Shown: piece by piece, positions 10,731 to 19,904 of the stretch
Position numbering within the stretch: the stretch's first letter is position 1
Layout: each line of letters begins with the position of its first letter
Assembly: GCA_041666185.1 (NCBI GenBank)
Contig: JBAYHL010000001.1
Coordinates: forward strand, 153,619 to 217,618
DNA from: Patescibacteria group bacterium
GTDB taxonomy: Bacteria > Patescibacteriota > UBA1384 > UBA12157 > JAENIV01
Length of the DNA stretch: 64,000 nucleotides
Direction of reading: 5' to 3'
The notes under the pieces: generated by a model
What the model saw: only the letters and a program-made list of their open reading frames with translations
Told to the model about the DNA's origin: nothing
Databases searched by the model: none
Translations under genes and position numbers: made by a program

Positions 10731-10985
10731 CTACTTACCTTCTACCAAAAAGGTCAAATCTTCTGCCAAGCTTTCTTTTTGTTCAGGACAAAGAGAACCA
10801 ACTGATATTTCTCTGCCTTGCAAGGAAGCCTCAAATTGACAATGCTTAGTGATTGCAGCAATAACATCAATACCTTTTTTAACCTTCTTCTGCCATTCTT
10901 CAGGAGAAACAACCGGAACTTCTATCTCCTCGGTCGTTCTTTCTTCAACTGTATCCAAAGCCTTCTGTTCCTTAACTGCTTCCAT
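10731..10985 (-). CDS. hypothetical protein (cassette gene A, copy 2)
   Basis: GGGAGGT SD and paralog of 11337-11528 (LQG, C..QKESL..DL). Confidence 0.8.
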   Translation of the reverse strand: MEAVKEQKALDTVEERTTEEIEVPVVSPEEWQKKVKKGIDVIAAITKHCQFEASLQGREISVGSLCPEQKESLAEDLTFLVEGK

Positions 10986-11035
10986 TTAGGTTACCTCCCT
11001 TTTTGCTGTTCATGTTTGCCCAAGTTGTCAAACTG

Positions 11036-11335
11036 CTAACAATTAAGAAGAAACTTCTTAACCCGATAGTTTAGTTTTGCAAAAAAACCTTTTGTTGGCA
11101 CAGGTTTATACATCTCCTGCATCAGATCAACGGCTCTGACAAGCTCCTCTTCCGAAAAAGTTTTCTTAATTAAATCTTCCATTTCTAAGCCATAAGGCGA
11201 AGCATGTACCATGAAAGCTAAGGGCAAAAATCTTTGTTCAACTGATAATTCGTTATACACTCGCTGAGCAGCCGAACATCCATAAATCATAATTGAGTCA
11301 GCAAGTAACCTGTTATTCGAATAAATCGGTTTCAT
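11036..11335 (-). CDS. hypothetical protein (cassette gene B, copy 1)
   Basis: Paralog of 10425-10730 with GGAGGT SD inside the upstream gene. Confidence 0.8.
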   Translation of the reverse strand: MKPIYSNNRLLADSIMIYGCSAAQRVYNELSVEQRFLPLAFMVHASPYGLEMEDLIKKTFSEEELVRAVDLMQEMYKPVPTKGFFAKLNYRVKKFLLNC

Positions 11336-11336
11336 C

Positions 11337-11528
11337 TCACTTACCTCCCATCACATAATCAAGATCGCTCACTAAACTCTCTTTTTGATCCAAACAAAAA
11401 GTTTTTACACTTAAAGTTTTGCCTTGAAGTTTACTTTCAAATCGAATGTGCTGGGCTATAGTCGCAATTATCTGAACCCCTAACTCAACCTTACGCTGCC
11501 GTTCTTCCCGTGAATCAACCTGTTGCAA
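11337..11528 (-). CDS. hypothetical protein (cassette gene A, copy 1)
   Basis: TTG start with GGAGGTGGAG SD and paralog of 10731-10985. Confidence 0.78.
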   Translation of the reverse strand: MQQVDSREERQRKVELGVQIIATIAQHIRFESKLQGKTLSVKTFCLDQKESLVSDLDYVMGGK

Positions 11529-11575
11529 TTTACTCCACCTCCTCAGGTTTTCTTGATTACCGTCATTATTTTAAA

Positions 11576-11604
11576 ATAATACTCCAAAACAATTAAAAAA
11601 TCAA
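11576..11604 (-). promoter_or_regulatory. putative sigma70 promoter for the cassette operon
   Basis: TTGATT-17 nt-TATTAT on the minus strand. Confidence 0.5.
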
Positions 11605-11622
11605 GCCCGAAAGCCTGATTTT
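11596..11622 (-). terminator. putative lysS terminator, overlapping the -35 box above
   Basis: AAAATCAGGC-TTTCGG-GCTTGATTTT followed by T run on the minus strand. Confidence 0.6.
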
Positions 11623-11648
11623 TACACTTTTTTAGTAAATATGAAGAA

Positions 11649-13232
11649 TTATTCTTGAGCCTCTTCCAATCTTTCTAAAACAAACTCTTTGTCTAAACTT
11701 GCCAAAAGCCAGCCAGCTTGAGGACCAGAGTCTTTTCCTAAAAACGTTAAATATATACTAGAAAATGCATCACGAGGAACAATTTTCATTTCGTTTTTTA
11801 TATTATGGATTTCTTTATGCAAATCTTCACCAGAAAAGCCTTTTGTTTTTATAGCACCAAAGATTTTTTTCAAAAATTCCTTTTGCTGAGCAGATATTTT
11901 CTTCGCTTCTTCTGGCAACTTTTCTTGAATTGTGAATTTATAATTTTCAGGAGCGAATTTTTCCAGCCATCTTTTAGCAACAATTATTCTATTTTCAATT
12001 TCTTGTTTCTCAACTTCGGTTAACGCTTCGCCTTTTTCAAGTTTTGCATATTCAAAAACATCAACTCTGGGCATTTGAAGCATATAAGCAATCTTTGAAA
12101 ATCGAAGTAAATATTTTGGTTGACCTGCCCTGAGCATAGTCGAAGGGTCTTTCTTTTGATCAATTTCCGTATAGTGAGACGCTCGACTTAAATCTAATTT
12201 TGGATCTTCGGTTAGTGCCATCTGAGCTCTGTCAAATTCATCATAAAGTAACGGGATTGTCTCACCTTCAGGTTGAAAATCAATTGCTCGCTTAAAACGA
12301 GTGCGAACAAATAAAAATCTTAAAATATTACCTGGCAAGAAATCTGCCATATCTTTAGCTGTCACTCCCAAACCTTTCGAGGAAGACATTTTTGCCCCAC
12401 CGATTAAAATGTGTTCGTAACGGATATCGTAAGGAGGAGTTTTTTTGAAAATTTCACGATAAATTTTATCTGCAATATCACGAGAGCCACCAGCAGCAAA
12501 ATGGTCTTTGCCTTCACCTTCAATATCAGTTTTTGTAACATGCCATTTCGAAGGCCATTCCACCTTCCACGGTAATTTACCATTGCCATCAAAAGGAGAA
12601 ATTTTACCTTTATGCCCACAACCCTTAGCCCAAGAAACTAAATTTTCCTCACACGTAAACTCAACTTCTTTTCCATCCCAACCGGTTACTTTAGTAGTAC
12701 CAATCTTGCCGCACTTAGGGCAAATTACTTGAAAAGGATACCAATCATCACCTTTATTTGAACCGGAAATTTCAAGATAAATTTTTCTAATTTCTGTTGC
12801 GCTATCTAAAATAATTTTAATTGAATCGTTAAATACCCCTTCTTTGTAAAGTTTGGAGGTAAAAACTATTTTTGGTTTAATGCCAAGATAACTTAAAACC
12901 TCTTCAAATTCATCCCCATATTGCTTAGCAAAAGTTTCATGAATACCGTCAGGTGCAGGAATATTACACAAGGGTTTACCCATATATTGTAACCAACTTT
13001 CATCTAAATAGCTTGGTAAGCCGTCCATTGGATCAAAATCATCAAAACCCCATTGAAATTCAGCAATTTTACCATTTTCGACTAAGCCTCGTCTTACTAA
13101 ATCGTGAACAATTACTCCACGAAGAGAACCCACATGAGCGTGGCCAGAGGTTGTCATCCAATCCGTTACCAGATAAGAATCTTTTGGAATTTTTTTAATA
13201 ATATCTTCGACTATTTCATCTACCCAAAACAT
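11649..13232 (-). CDS. lysS: class I lysine--tRNA ligase
   Basis: SGHAHVGSLRG (HIGH-like), CPKCG, KLPWKVEWP, GKDH, KMSSSKG. Confidence 0.96.
   Translation of the reverse strand: MFWVDEIVEDIIKKIPKDSYLVTDWMTTSGHAHVGSLRGVIVHDLVRRGLVENGKIAEFQWGFDDFDPMDGLPSYLDESWLQYMGKPLCNIPAPDGIHETFAKQYGDEFEEVLSYLGIKPKIVFTSKLYKEGVFNDSIKIILDSATEIRKIYLEISGSNKGDDWYPFQVICPKCGKIGTTKVTGWDGKEVEFTCEENLVSWAKGCGHKGKISPFDGNGKLPWKVEWPSKWHVTKTDIEGEGKDHFAAGGSRDIADKIYREIFKKTPPYDIRYEHILIGGAKMSSSKGLGVTAKDMADFLPGNILRFLFVRTRFKRAIDFQPEGETIPLLYDEFDRAQMALTEDPKLDLSRASHYTEIDQKKDPSTMLRAGQPKYLLRFSKIAYMLQMPRVDVFEYAKLEKGEALTEVEKQEIENRIIVAKRWLEKFAPENYKFTIQEKLPEEAKKISAQQKEFLKKIFGAIKTKGFSGEDLHKEIHNIKNEMKIVPRDAFSSIYLTFLGKDSGPQAGWLLASLDKEFVLERLEEAQE
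12124..12147 (-). repeat. 24-nt palindromic element in frame inside lysS
   Basis: CCCTTCGACTATGCTCAGGGCAGG, GC-rich with CCCT/AGGG arms, translated within DPSTMLRAG. Confidence 0.55.
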
Positions 13233-13243
13233 AAGTCTCCTTA

Positions 13244-13310
13244 GATAGCCAAGATAATCAAGTTAATTAAGATGATCTGTTAACTTAACCATTCGATTAT
13301 CTCAGTTATC
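13244..13310 (-). other. long imperfect hairpin in the lysS leader
   Basis: GATAACTGAGATAATCGA...TTGATTATCTTGGCTATC ends directly before the TAAGGAG SD. Confidence 0.6.
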
Positions 13311-13386
13311 CACATTCACCATATCAAAAAAACGATCCCTAATCAATCCTGAAGAAAAGAAATCGTTTTTTTTATAATGTATTTAG

Positions 13387-13842
13387 TTATTTAACTTCGA
13401 TGATTTCACAGTTCATTTTGCCATTAGGGGTTAGAATTTCAACTTTTTCACCTTTACTTTTATCCATCAATGAATGACCGATAGGCGAGTCAACAGAAAT
13501 TCTACCACTTGCTGGATCTGATTCCGAAGCGCCAACAATTGTAAATTCTAAAGTTTCGCCATCTATTTTTAAAGTCACGGTTGTGCCAAGCTCTACTTTA
13601 TCAGTACTATTTCTGACCGTTATCTTGGCACGGCGAATCATTTCCTCTAACTCTAAAATTCTACCTTCAACAAAAGATTGCTCATTTTTAGCATCTTCGT
13701 ATTCACTGTTTTCGCTTAAATCTCCAAATTCACGAGCAGTTTTTATTCTTTCGGAAATCTGTTGCCGACGTGACTTAAGCTTTTGAAGCTCTTGTTTAAT
13801 TTTCTCGTAACCCTGGGCTGTAAGGAGAATCTGATCTTGCAT
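13387..13842 (-). CDS. greA: transcription elongation factor GreA
   Basis: GDLSENSEYEDAK and ISVDSPIG. Confidence 0.98.
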   Translation of the reverse strand: MQDQILLTAQGYEKIKQELQKLKSRRQQISERIKTAREFGDLSENSEYEDAKNEQSFVEGRILELEEMIRRAKITVRNSTDKVELGTTVTLKIDGETLEFTIVGASESDPASGRISVDSPIGHSLMDKSKGEKVEILTPNGKMNCEIIEVK

Positions 13843-13938
13843 AATATCCTTTTTTAAAATTAATTTGATATTTTCTAATCTATTTTAGAATAGTTTTAAA
13901 AAACTGTCAACCCTTGTGCCATCTTATGATAAATTTAG

Positions 13939-15837
13939 CTAACGACTAAAATACCAATTGAGAATATCATACACCACTGGACCGGCAGCTGCATAGCCTT
14001 CGCCTCCTTCTTCGACCAAAGTGACGATCACAATTTGAGGGTCATTATATGGAGCAAAGGCTGTCATCCAAGCATGAGTTTTCCCTTCAACACCAAATTG
14101 GGCTGTTCCTGTCTTAGCGGCTGCCGCTACCGGTAGACTGTTCAAACGTTGGGCAGAACCACCAGTAACCGCTTGACGCATGCCTTCACGAACAACTTGT
14201 AAATTAGCATCATCAATTAGTTTATCTGCTTTTACTTCTTTTTTAAAGTCTTTTACAACTTGGCCATTTTGATCAGTAATTTTAGAAACTATTTGCGGTT
14301 TTAATAGTTCGCCACCATTAACAATCGCTGATGTTGCCACTGCCATTTCTAACGGAGTGATCAAAAAGTCGCCTTGACCAATACCTAAATGATAAGTATC
14401 ACCTAAATACCACATCTCTTTTTTCGTTTTTTCTTTCCACTGCGGACTAGGAACATTACCTTTGGCTTCGCTTGGCAAATCAATACCGGTTTTGTCCTGA
14501 AAACCAAATTTGACTAAATAATCGTCAAGTTTTTCAACTCCTAAGCCTTTGATTTTATCCCAACCACCAGCAATAGAATAGAAAAAAACATTACAACTTT
14601 CAGCAATAGCTTTACGGATATCTACTAAACCATGATTTTTCCAATCAGGATATACCCAACTACCAACTTTAATTTCGCCCGGATCATTAATAGTTGTTCT
14701 TTCAGTAATTATGCCCTCTTGCAAACCAACAGCCGCAACAATTGGCTTAATAATCGAACCGGATGGATAAGTCCCAGAAATTGCTCGATTAAACATTGGT
14801 TTAGAAGGATCACTAATTAATTTCGCATATTCTTCATTAATATCCCGGGAAGTAAAAATATTATTATCGAAAGTCGGATAGCTTACCATGCCTAATATTT
14901 GACCAGTTTTTGGATTAATAGCGATGGCTGACCCACCAGGTGATTCAACAGATTTTACCTCCGCTGACAAAGTTTCCATCATTTTTTCTTCTAATTCAGC
15001 ATCGACACTCAAAGTTAAATTATTACCAGGTAGTGGGCTAGTAGAAGAAAGTTGTCTTTGTTGACGACCGTGGGAGTCAACTTCTATTTCTAACAATCCT
15101 GGATTACCCCTTAAATATTTTTCATAGAACGATTCCAGACCATCTCGACCAATTTCGTAAGAAAGCTTATAGCTAAGGTTTTCTTTCAAATCTTTTTCAG
15201 TAACTTTACTTATATAACCAATTATCGGCCCCAAACCAGCAATAGTCGAATATTCCCGAATTGGTTTTTTAGCAATTATAACTCCTGGCAAATTAATTGT
15301 TTTATATTCCAGAATCATTGCCGTGTCACGATCAATATTTTCTTTTAATATAATTGGTTCATAACTTAAAAAACCTTTTTGCGTTACTTTGTCTTTTATT
15401 TCATCTTCTGGGATTTGAGTGATCGAAGATAATTTTTGATAAATCTCTGCCCGTTCTTCTGTTTTTTTAGGAAAATCTAAAGGATAAATTTCTAAATTAA
15501 AAGAGGCTTTGTTTTGAGCTAAAATTTTTCCACCAGAATCATAAATCAAACCTCGCGGAGCACTAACTTCACGAATTCTAGTACGGTTACCTTCGGCTAA
15601 ATTTTTATTAAAACTACCTTGAGCAATTTGCAATCGTAATAATTGCGCAAGAAGTACTCCAAACGCTAAAAAACAAAAAAGATAAGGAAACCATAAAGAT
15701 TTTTTCTTTTCTTGAAAGATTTCTCCACCAGTAGCATCTTTATCAAAATGCTCATATTCTAAAATATTAGTCCGCAAATTTCTTTGTGTTTTATCACCTG
15801 GTAAATGTTGGTCATCATATAAATCAAAAATTGACAT
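13939..15837 (-). CDS. mrdA: penicillin-binding protein 2
   Basis: APRGLIYD, GSIIK (SxxK), SCN, KTGTA. Downstream of mreBCD. Confidence 0.95.
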   Translation of the reverse strand: MSIFDLYDDQHLPGDKTQRNLRTNILEYEHFDKDATGGEIFQEKKKSLWFPYLFCFLAFGVLLAQLLRLQIAQGSFNKNLAEGNRTRIREVSAPRGLIYDSGGKILAQNKASFNLEIYPLDFPKKTEERAEIYQKLSSITQIPEDEIKDKVTQKGFLSYEPIILKENIDRDTAMILEYKTINLPGVIIAKKPIREYSTIAGLGPIIGYISKVTEKDLKENLSYKLSYEIGRDGLESFYEKYLRGNPGLLEIEVDSHGRQQRQLSSTSPLPGNNLTLSVDAELEEKMMETLSAEVKSVESPGGSAIAINPKTGQILGMVSYPTFDNNIFTSRDINEEYAKLISDPSKPMFNRAISGTYPSGSIIKPIVAAVGLQEGIITERTTINDPGEIKVGSWVYPDWKNHGLVDIRKAIAESCNVFFYSIAGGWDKIKGLGVEKLDDYLVKFGFQDKTGIDLPSEAKGNVPSPQWKEKTKKEMWYLGDTYHLGIGQGDFLITPLEMAVATSAIVNGGELLKPQIVSKITDQNGQVVKDFKKEVKADKLIDDANLQVVREGMRQAVTGGSAQRLNSLPVAAAAKTGTAQFGVEGKTHAWMTAFAPYNDPQIVIVTLVEEGGEGYAAAGPVVYDILNWYFSR

Positions 15838-16312
15838 TTTTACTAAATTTAATTTCCTCTTTCTTTATAAATTTATCTAAAAGAAAATAAACCACTAAGC
15901 TCCATAAACTATTTATAACTCCATCTAAAATTATTTGCCAACCAGGAAGCGTATGAGTAATTAAGCAAATCACTAAATCAATAAAAATAAAAATTCCTAA
16001 AATTATAAAAGAAATTAAAATCGGATTAAGGGCTGGTGTATTTTTCAGGATAACAAAATTTAAAAAAAGTAAAATAATAATTAAAATAAAAGTATAAAAA
16101 CCAAAACGAAATGGCGATGTTAAATCCAAAAAGAATCCTCCAAGCACTGCCACAAGAAAACTATCAGATGAAAAACCTCTTAAAAGCAAAACAATACTAA
16201 CAACAAAAATTATATTAGGCACAAAAGAAAAAATAGAAAATTTACTGATCAAAGACAATTGTAAAAGCACTAAAAATAAAATAGCAAAAATTTTAATTAA
16301 ATTTTTCTTCAT
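15824..16312 (-). CDS. mreD: rod shape-determining protein MreD
   Basis: Multi-TM protein with GFFLDL motif between mreC and mrdA. Confidence 0.8.
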   Translation of the reverse strand: MKKNLIKIFAILFLVLLQLSLISKFSIFSFVPNIIFVVSIVLLLRGFSSDSFLVAVLGGFFLDLTSPFRFGFYTFILIIILLFLNFVILKNTPALNPILISFIILGIFIFIDLVICLITHTLPGWQIILDGVINSLWSLVVYFLLDKFIKKEEIKFSKNVNF

Positions 16313-17094
16313 TGCTCTACCACAAAGACAAATTCCAAAAAATAAATTTGAATAGGTGACTTAACAGTAACTTTTTGAAATATTTCTCCTTCACGAGAAA
16401 CAATATCGTCAGTGGTTCCTACCATTATTCCCATAGGAATATCACCGCCAAGACCAGAAGTGACTACTTGCTCGCCATTTTTAATAGGAACATTTAATGG
16501 CACATCCTCAATCGCAAGACCGCTCAATCCACCCCTTAATAAACCTGTGCCTCGTGAATCTTGCAAAACAACGGGCACTAATGAATTGTTATCAGTAATA
16601 AGGATCACTTCGGAAGATGTACTAGAAACCGATTTTACCGTTCCAACCAAAAAACCCTGCGAAACAACTGCCTGATTTTGTTTTATACCATCATTTGTTC
16701 CACGATCAATAGTAATTGTCCTTAAATAACCAGACATTGAACGACCAATAATATTTGATGGTATTAACTTTAAATCGCCTTTAGTATTTAAAAAACCCAT
16801 TTCTTTTTTCAAAACTTCATTTTCATGCTGAACTTCCTTTAAAATTGCTAATTGACTTTGGAGTTCTAAGTTTTCTTTAATTAATTTTTGATTTTCATTA
16901 CCCAAAGAACCTAAACTACCAATAGTTTTAAAAAACATCGTTACTTTATCAACAGAGTAGTTAGAAACAATTGAAAACGGTTTCAAAACTTGAAAAAAAA
17001 TATTTCTAGGAGTTGATAGTGCCCCTGTTGGAGCAATAAAAAATCCGATAATCAATAACACAATTGCAATAATTAAAATTCTGAATTTTTTCAT
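16309..17094 (-). CDS. mreC: rod shape-determining protein MreC
   Basis: TM plus coiled coil, IDRGTNDGIK, VTSGLGGDIPMG. Confidence 0.95.
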   Translation of the reverse strand: MKKFRILIIAIVLLIIGFFIAPTGALSTPRNIFFQVLKPFSIVSNYSVDKVTMFFKTIGSLGSLGNENQKLIKENLELQSQLAILKEVQHENEVLKKEMGFLNTKGDLKLIPSNIIGRSMSGYLRTITIDRGTNDGIKQNQAVVSQGFLVGTVKSVSSTSSEVILITDNNSLVPVVLQDSRGTGLLRGGLSGLAIEDVPLNVPIKNGEQVVTSGLGGDIPMGIMVGTTDDIVSREGEIFQKVTVKSPIQIYFLEFVFVVEQ

Positions 17095-17100
17095 ACTTTC

Positions 17101-18150
17101 CTAACGATTAAATTGGGTTGGTAACAAAACACCTTTCAAATTTTCTAAGTCTTCCAAAACTAAACCAGTTCCTCTAACCACGGAGGTCAAAGGATCGTTG
17201 GCAATATGAACCCTTGTTTGAGTTGTCTGTTTTATTAATTGATCGAGACCTTTAAGCAGAGCACCGCCACCACACAAAACAATCCCTTTTTCCATAATAT
17301 CAGCAATTAGCTCAGGAGGTGTTTCTTCCATAGTTACACGAATTGCATCAACAATTTGAGTGACTGATTTTTTCAAAGCCCCTCTTATTTGTTCGGCGTC
17401 AACAGTAATTTCCTTTGGTAATCCAGTTACAAGATCTCTGCCACGCATTGGCATTTGAGCATTTTCCTTAAGTTCTGTTGCTGAGCCAATTGTAACTTTA
17501 ATTTCTTCCGCCGTTCTTTCGCCCAAAAGCAAATTCAACTTATCACGAGCAAAAAGAATAATATCTTGATTCATTTCATCGCCAGCAATCCGAAGACTTC
17601 TTGAAGCAACAATTCCACCCAAGGAAATCACTGCTACTTCCGTTGTTCCACCACCGATGTCTACTACCATATTACCGTTAGCTTCCTGAATTGGTAGTCG
17701 AGCACCAATAGCCGCTGCAACTGGTTCTTCGATCAAAAAAACTTGTCTGGCACCAGCATTTAAAGCTGCTTCCTCAACCGCTCGACGCTCAACTTCTGTT
17801 ACACCATAAGGAATACCGATAACTACTCGTGGGCGAGGAAATAAAGAGAACTTTTCGCGATGAACTTTATCAATAAAATATTTAAGCATTTGTTCAGTAA
17901 CTTCAAAATCTGAAACAACACCATCAACCAAAGGCCTAATAGCAACAATATGAGCGGGGGTTCTGCCAACCATTTTTCTTGCTTCATTGCCAATCGCTAA
18001 AATTTGTTTTGACTTTTGATTAATAGCTACCACCGAAGGCTCATTAATAACAATCCCTTTACCACCAACATAAACTAAAGTGTTAGCTGTTCCTAAGTCA
18101 ATCCCAATATCGTGAGAAAATAATCCCCAAAAACGATCTAAAATTTGCAT
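17101..18150 (-). CDS. mreB: actin-like protein MreB
   Basis: DLGTANT, EPSVVA, DIGGGTTE, GGGALL. Confidence 0.98.
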   Translation of the reverse strand: MQILDRFWGLFSHDIGIDLGTANTLVYVGGKGIVINEPSVVAINQKSKQILAIGNEARKMVGRTPAHIVAIRPLVDGVVSDFEVTEQMLKYFIDKVHREKFSLFPRPRVVIGIPYGVTEVERRAVEEAALNAGARQVFLIEEPVAAAIGARLPIQEANGNMVVDIGGGTTEVAVISLGGIVASRSLRIAGDEMNQDIILFARDKLNLLLGERTAEEIKVTIGSATELKENAQMPMRGRDLVTGLPKEITVDAEQIRGALKKSVTQIVDAIRVTMEETPPELIADIMEKGIVLCGGGALLKGLDQLIKQTTQTRVHIANDPLTSVVRGTGLVLEDLENLKGVLLPTQFNR

Positions 18151-18270
18151 ATACTTTTCATCCCTTTGTTTTTTTTGCCTAAAAAAAGGCGACCTAAATA
18201 AAAGTCCCTCTCCTTACTTGTAACTTAACTGTTTTTTCGAAAATTCACAAGCCTCTACGCGCTCCAAGTC

Positions 18271-18298
18271 TTGACTTTTCCCAGAAAACCATTATAAT
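18271..18298 (+). promoter_or_regulatory. sigma70 promoter of csrA
   Basis: TTGACT-16 nt-TATAAT. Confidence 0.7.
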
Positions 18299-18347
18299 TT
18301 AGATGAATTTAAATGCTAATTCAACAACCGAAAAGGAGGTCGTTGAA

Positions 18348-18551
18348 ATGCTTGTCTTAGCGAGAAAAGTCGGCCAGTCCATTGTCATCGGTGAAGGTGA
18401 TAACGAGGCAGAGATACTGGTTATTGAAATTAGGGGCGACCAAATACGACTAGGGATTAATGCCCGAAGAAACATCCCAGTCCACCGCAAGGAACTACTC
18501 GAACAAATCAAGGCAGAAAAAAATGCACAATCAGCCACAACAAATGAATAA
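18348..18551 (+). CDS. csrA: carbon storage regulator CsrA/RsmA
   Basis: MLVLARKVGQSIVIG...QIRLGINA...VHRKE with AAGGAGGT SD before ATG 18348. Confidence 0.93.
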   Translation: MLVLARKVGQSIVIGEGDNEAEILVIEIRGDQIRLGINARRNIPVHRKELLEQIKAEKNAQSATTNE

Positions 18552-18565
18552 AGTTTTTACCACCC

Positions 18566-18593
18566 ACCGAGTCTATTACGACTCGGTTTTTTT
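18566..18593 (+). terminator. csrA intrinsic terminator
   Basis: ACCGAGTC-TATTAC-GACTCGGT followed by T run. Confidence 0.8.
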
Positions 18594-19503
18594 AATCCGA
18601 CTGTTTTAATCTTTCTTCGTGCTCCTGTAGAGTAGTGGAGAAAACCGCATGACCATCACTTTTATGGAAAAAGAATATGTAACCATTTTTTTCTGGATGC
18701 AAAACTGCCTCAATTGACTTTAATCCCGGATTACAAATTGGCCCAGGAGGTAAACCAAAATTTAAGTAAGTATTATAAGGAGAATCAACGTTTCTATAAT
18801 CCGACAGGGTAATTTTATTCCAACTGCCTTTTGCGTATTGGATTGTCGGATCGGCTTCCAACTTCATATTTTTTTCTAAACGATTTAAATAAACACCAGC
18901 AATCTTGGGTCTATCCTCATCAAATTTTGCTTCACGCTCAATAATTGATGCTAAAATAAGATTATCACGAGACACTTTTAGCTCAACAGTTTTTTTATTA
19001 AAATTGTCCATCAAATTTTTCCGTATTTCTTCTGCATTAGTATCGGGCAAAAATCGATAGGTGTCTGGAAATAAATATCCTTCATCAGCTGAAGCAATTT
19101 GAGTCAAAGCTCCTTTCTCAATCATTTGCTTTTCGGCTAAATATTCATCAATTTGAGTTACGCGCCAACCCTCAGGAATAGTCACAAGATCTTCAGACGT
19201 TTCACCAGATGCTAAAATTCCTAAAATCTCTTTCATACTTTTCGAAGGTGAAAGACTATAAACCCCCACTTGAATTAATTCAGCTTTTAATTTAGCATAT
19301 ACTGAAAAAATTAATGCTGATTTTACAAGTCCTTGATCTTGAAGATTCTGAGCAATTTGATTAGTACTTTGACCAGAACGAACAATGAAATCTCGAGATT
19401 CACCGCTACCTTTACGATTTACTGCCCAATAAAAACAGGTCCCTAACGACAAAACACAAGCCACAAAAACAACGGTAATAATAACAAAAATCTTTTTACA
19501 CAT
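18592..19503 (-). CDS. mltG: endolytic transglycosylase MltG
   Basis: TIPEG, EGYLFPDTY, LASIIERE, SPYNTY, GLPPGPICNPG. Confidence 0.96.
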   Translation of the reverse strand: MCKKIFVIITVVFVACVLSLGTCFYWAVNRKGSGESRDFIVRSGQSTNQIAQNLQDQGLVKSALIFSVYAKLKAELIQVGVYSLSPSKSMKEILGILASGETSEDLVTIPEGWRVTQIDEYLAEKQMIEKGALTQIASADEGYLFPDTYRFLPDTNAEEIRKNLMDNFNKKTVELKVSRDNLILASIIEREAKFDEDRPKIAGVYLNRLEKNMKLEADPTIQYAKGSWNKITLSDYRNVDSPYNTYLNFGLPPGPICNPGLKSIEAVLHPEKNGYIFFFHKSDGHAVFSTTLQEHEERLKQSD

Positions 19504-19904
19504 TATCCCTCATTTAAATATTGTTCTAAAATATATTTCGCCGAGAGCTTGTCAATTTCTTCTTTGTAACGTTTTTCTCTTGGATCTAATTTTTGATTCC
19601 CTAACTGTCTTTCTGCCTCTTTAGAAGTAAGAGTTTCGTCAACAAAATCAATTTCTAAATCTAGTTTTTTTGCCAGTTCAATGGCAAATTTACGAACTTT
19701 ATCCGCTTGAATGTTGCTTTTTGATTTAGGCAGCCCTACAACAATTTTTGAAACATTTTCTCCGTGACAAATTTTACCAATTTCATGTATTGCTTCTTCG
19801 AGACTGTCGTTATTAACAACGCCATAAGAAGTTATTAAACTACCTTCGGAAATCGCTACACCAATTCTCTTTTGGCCAAAATCTAAACCTAACAATTTTT
19901 TCAT
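19503..19904 (-). CDS. ruvX: Holliday junction resolvase-like YqgF/RuvX
   Basis: LGLDFGQKRIGVAIS, VGLP, VDETLTS, ID.LSA..IL. Confidence 0.93.
   Translation of the reverse strand: MKKLLGLDFGQKRIGVAISEGSLITSYGVVNNDSLEEAIHEIGKICHGENVSKIVVGLPKSKSNIQADKVRKFAIELAKKLDLEIDFVDETLTSKEAERQLGNQKLDPREKRYKEEIDKLSAKYILEQYLNEG

Noticed and set aside
18151-18215. Weak stem plus T run in the mreB leader resembling the purF leader
   Set aside because: The pairing is too weak and the similarity too short to support a shared attenuator.
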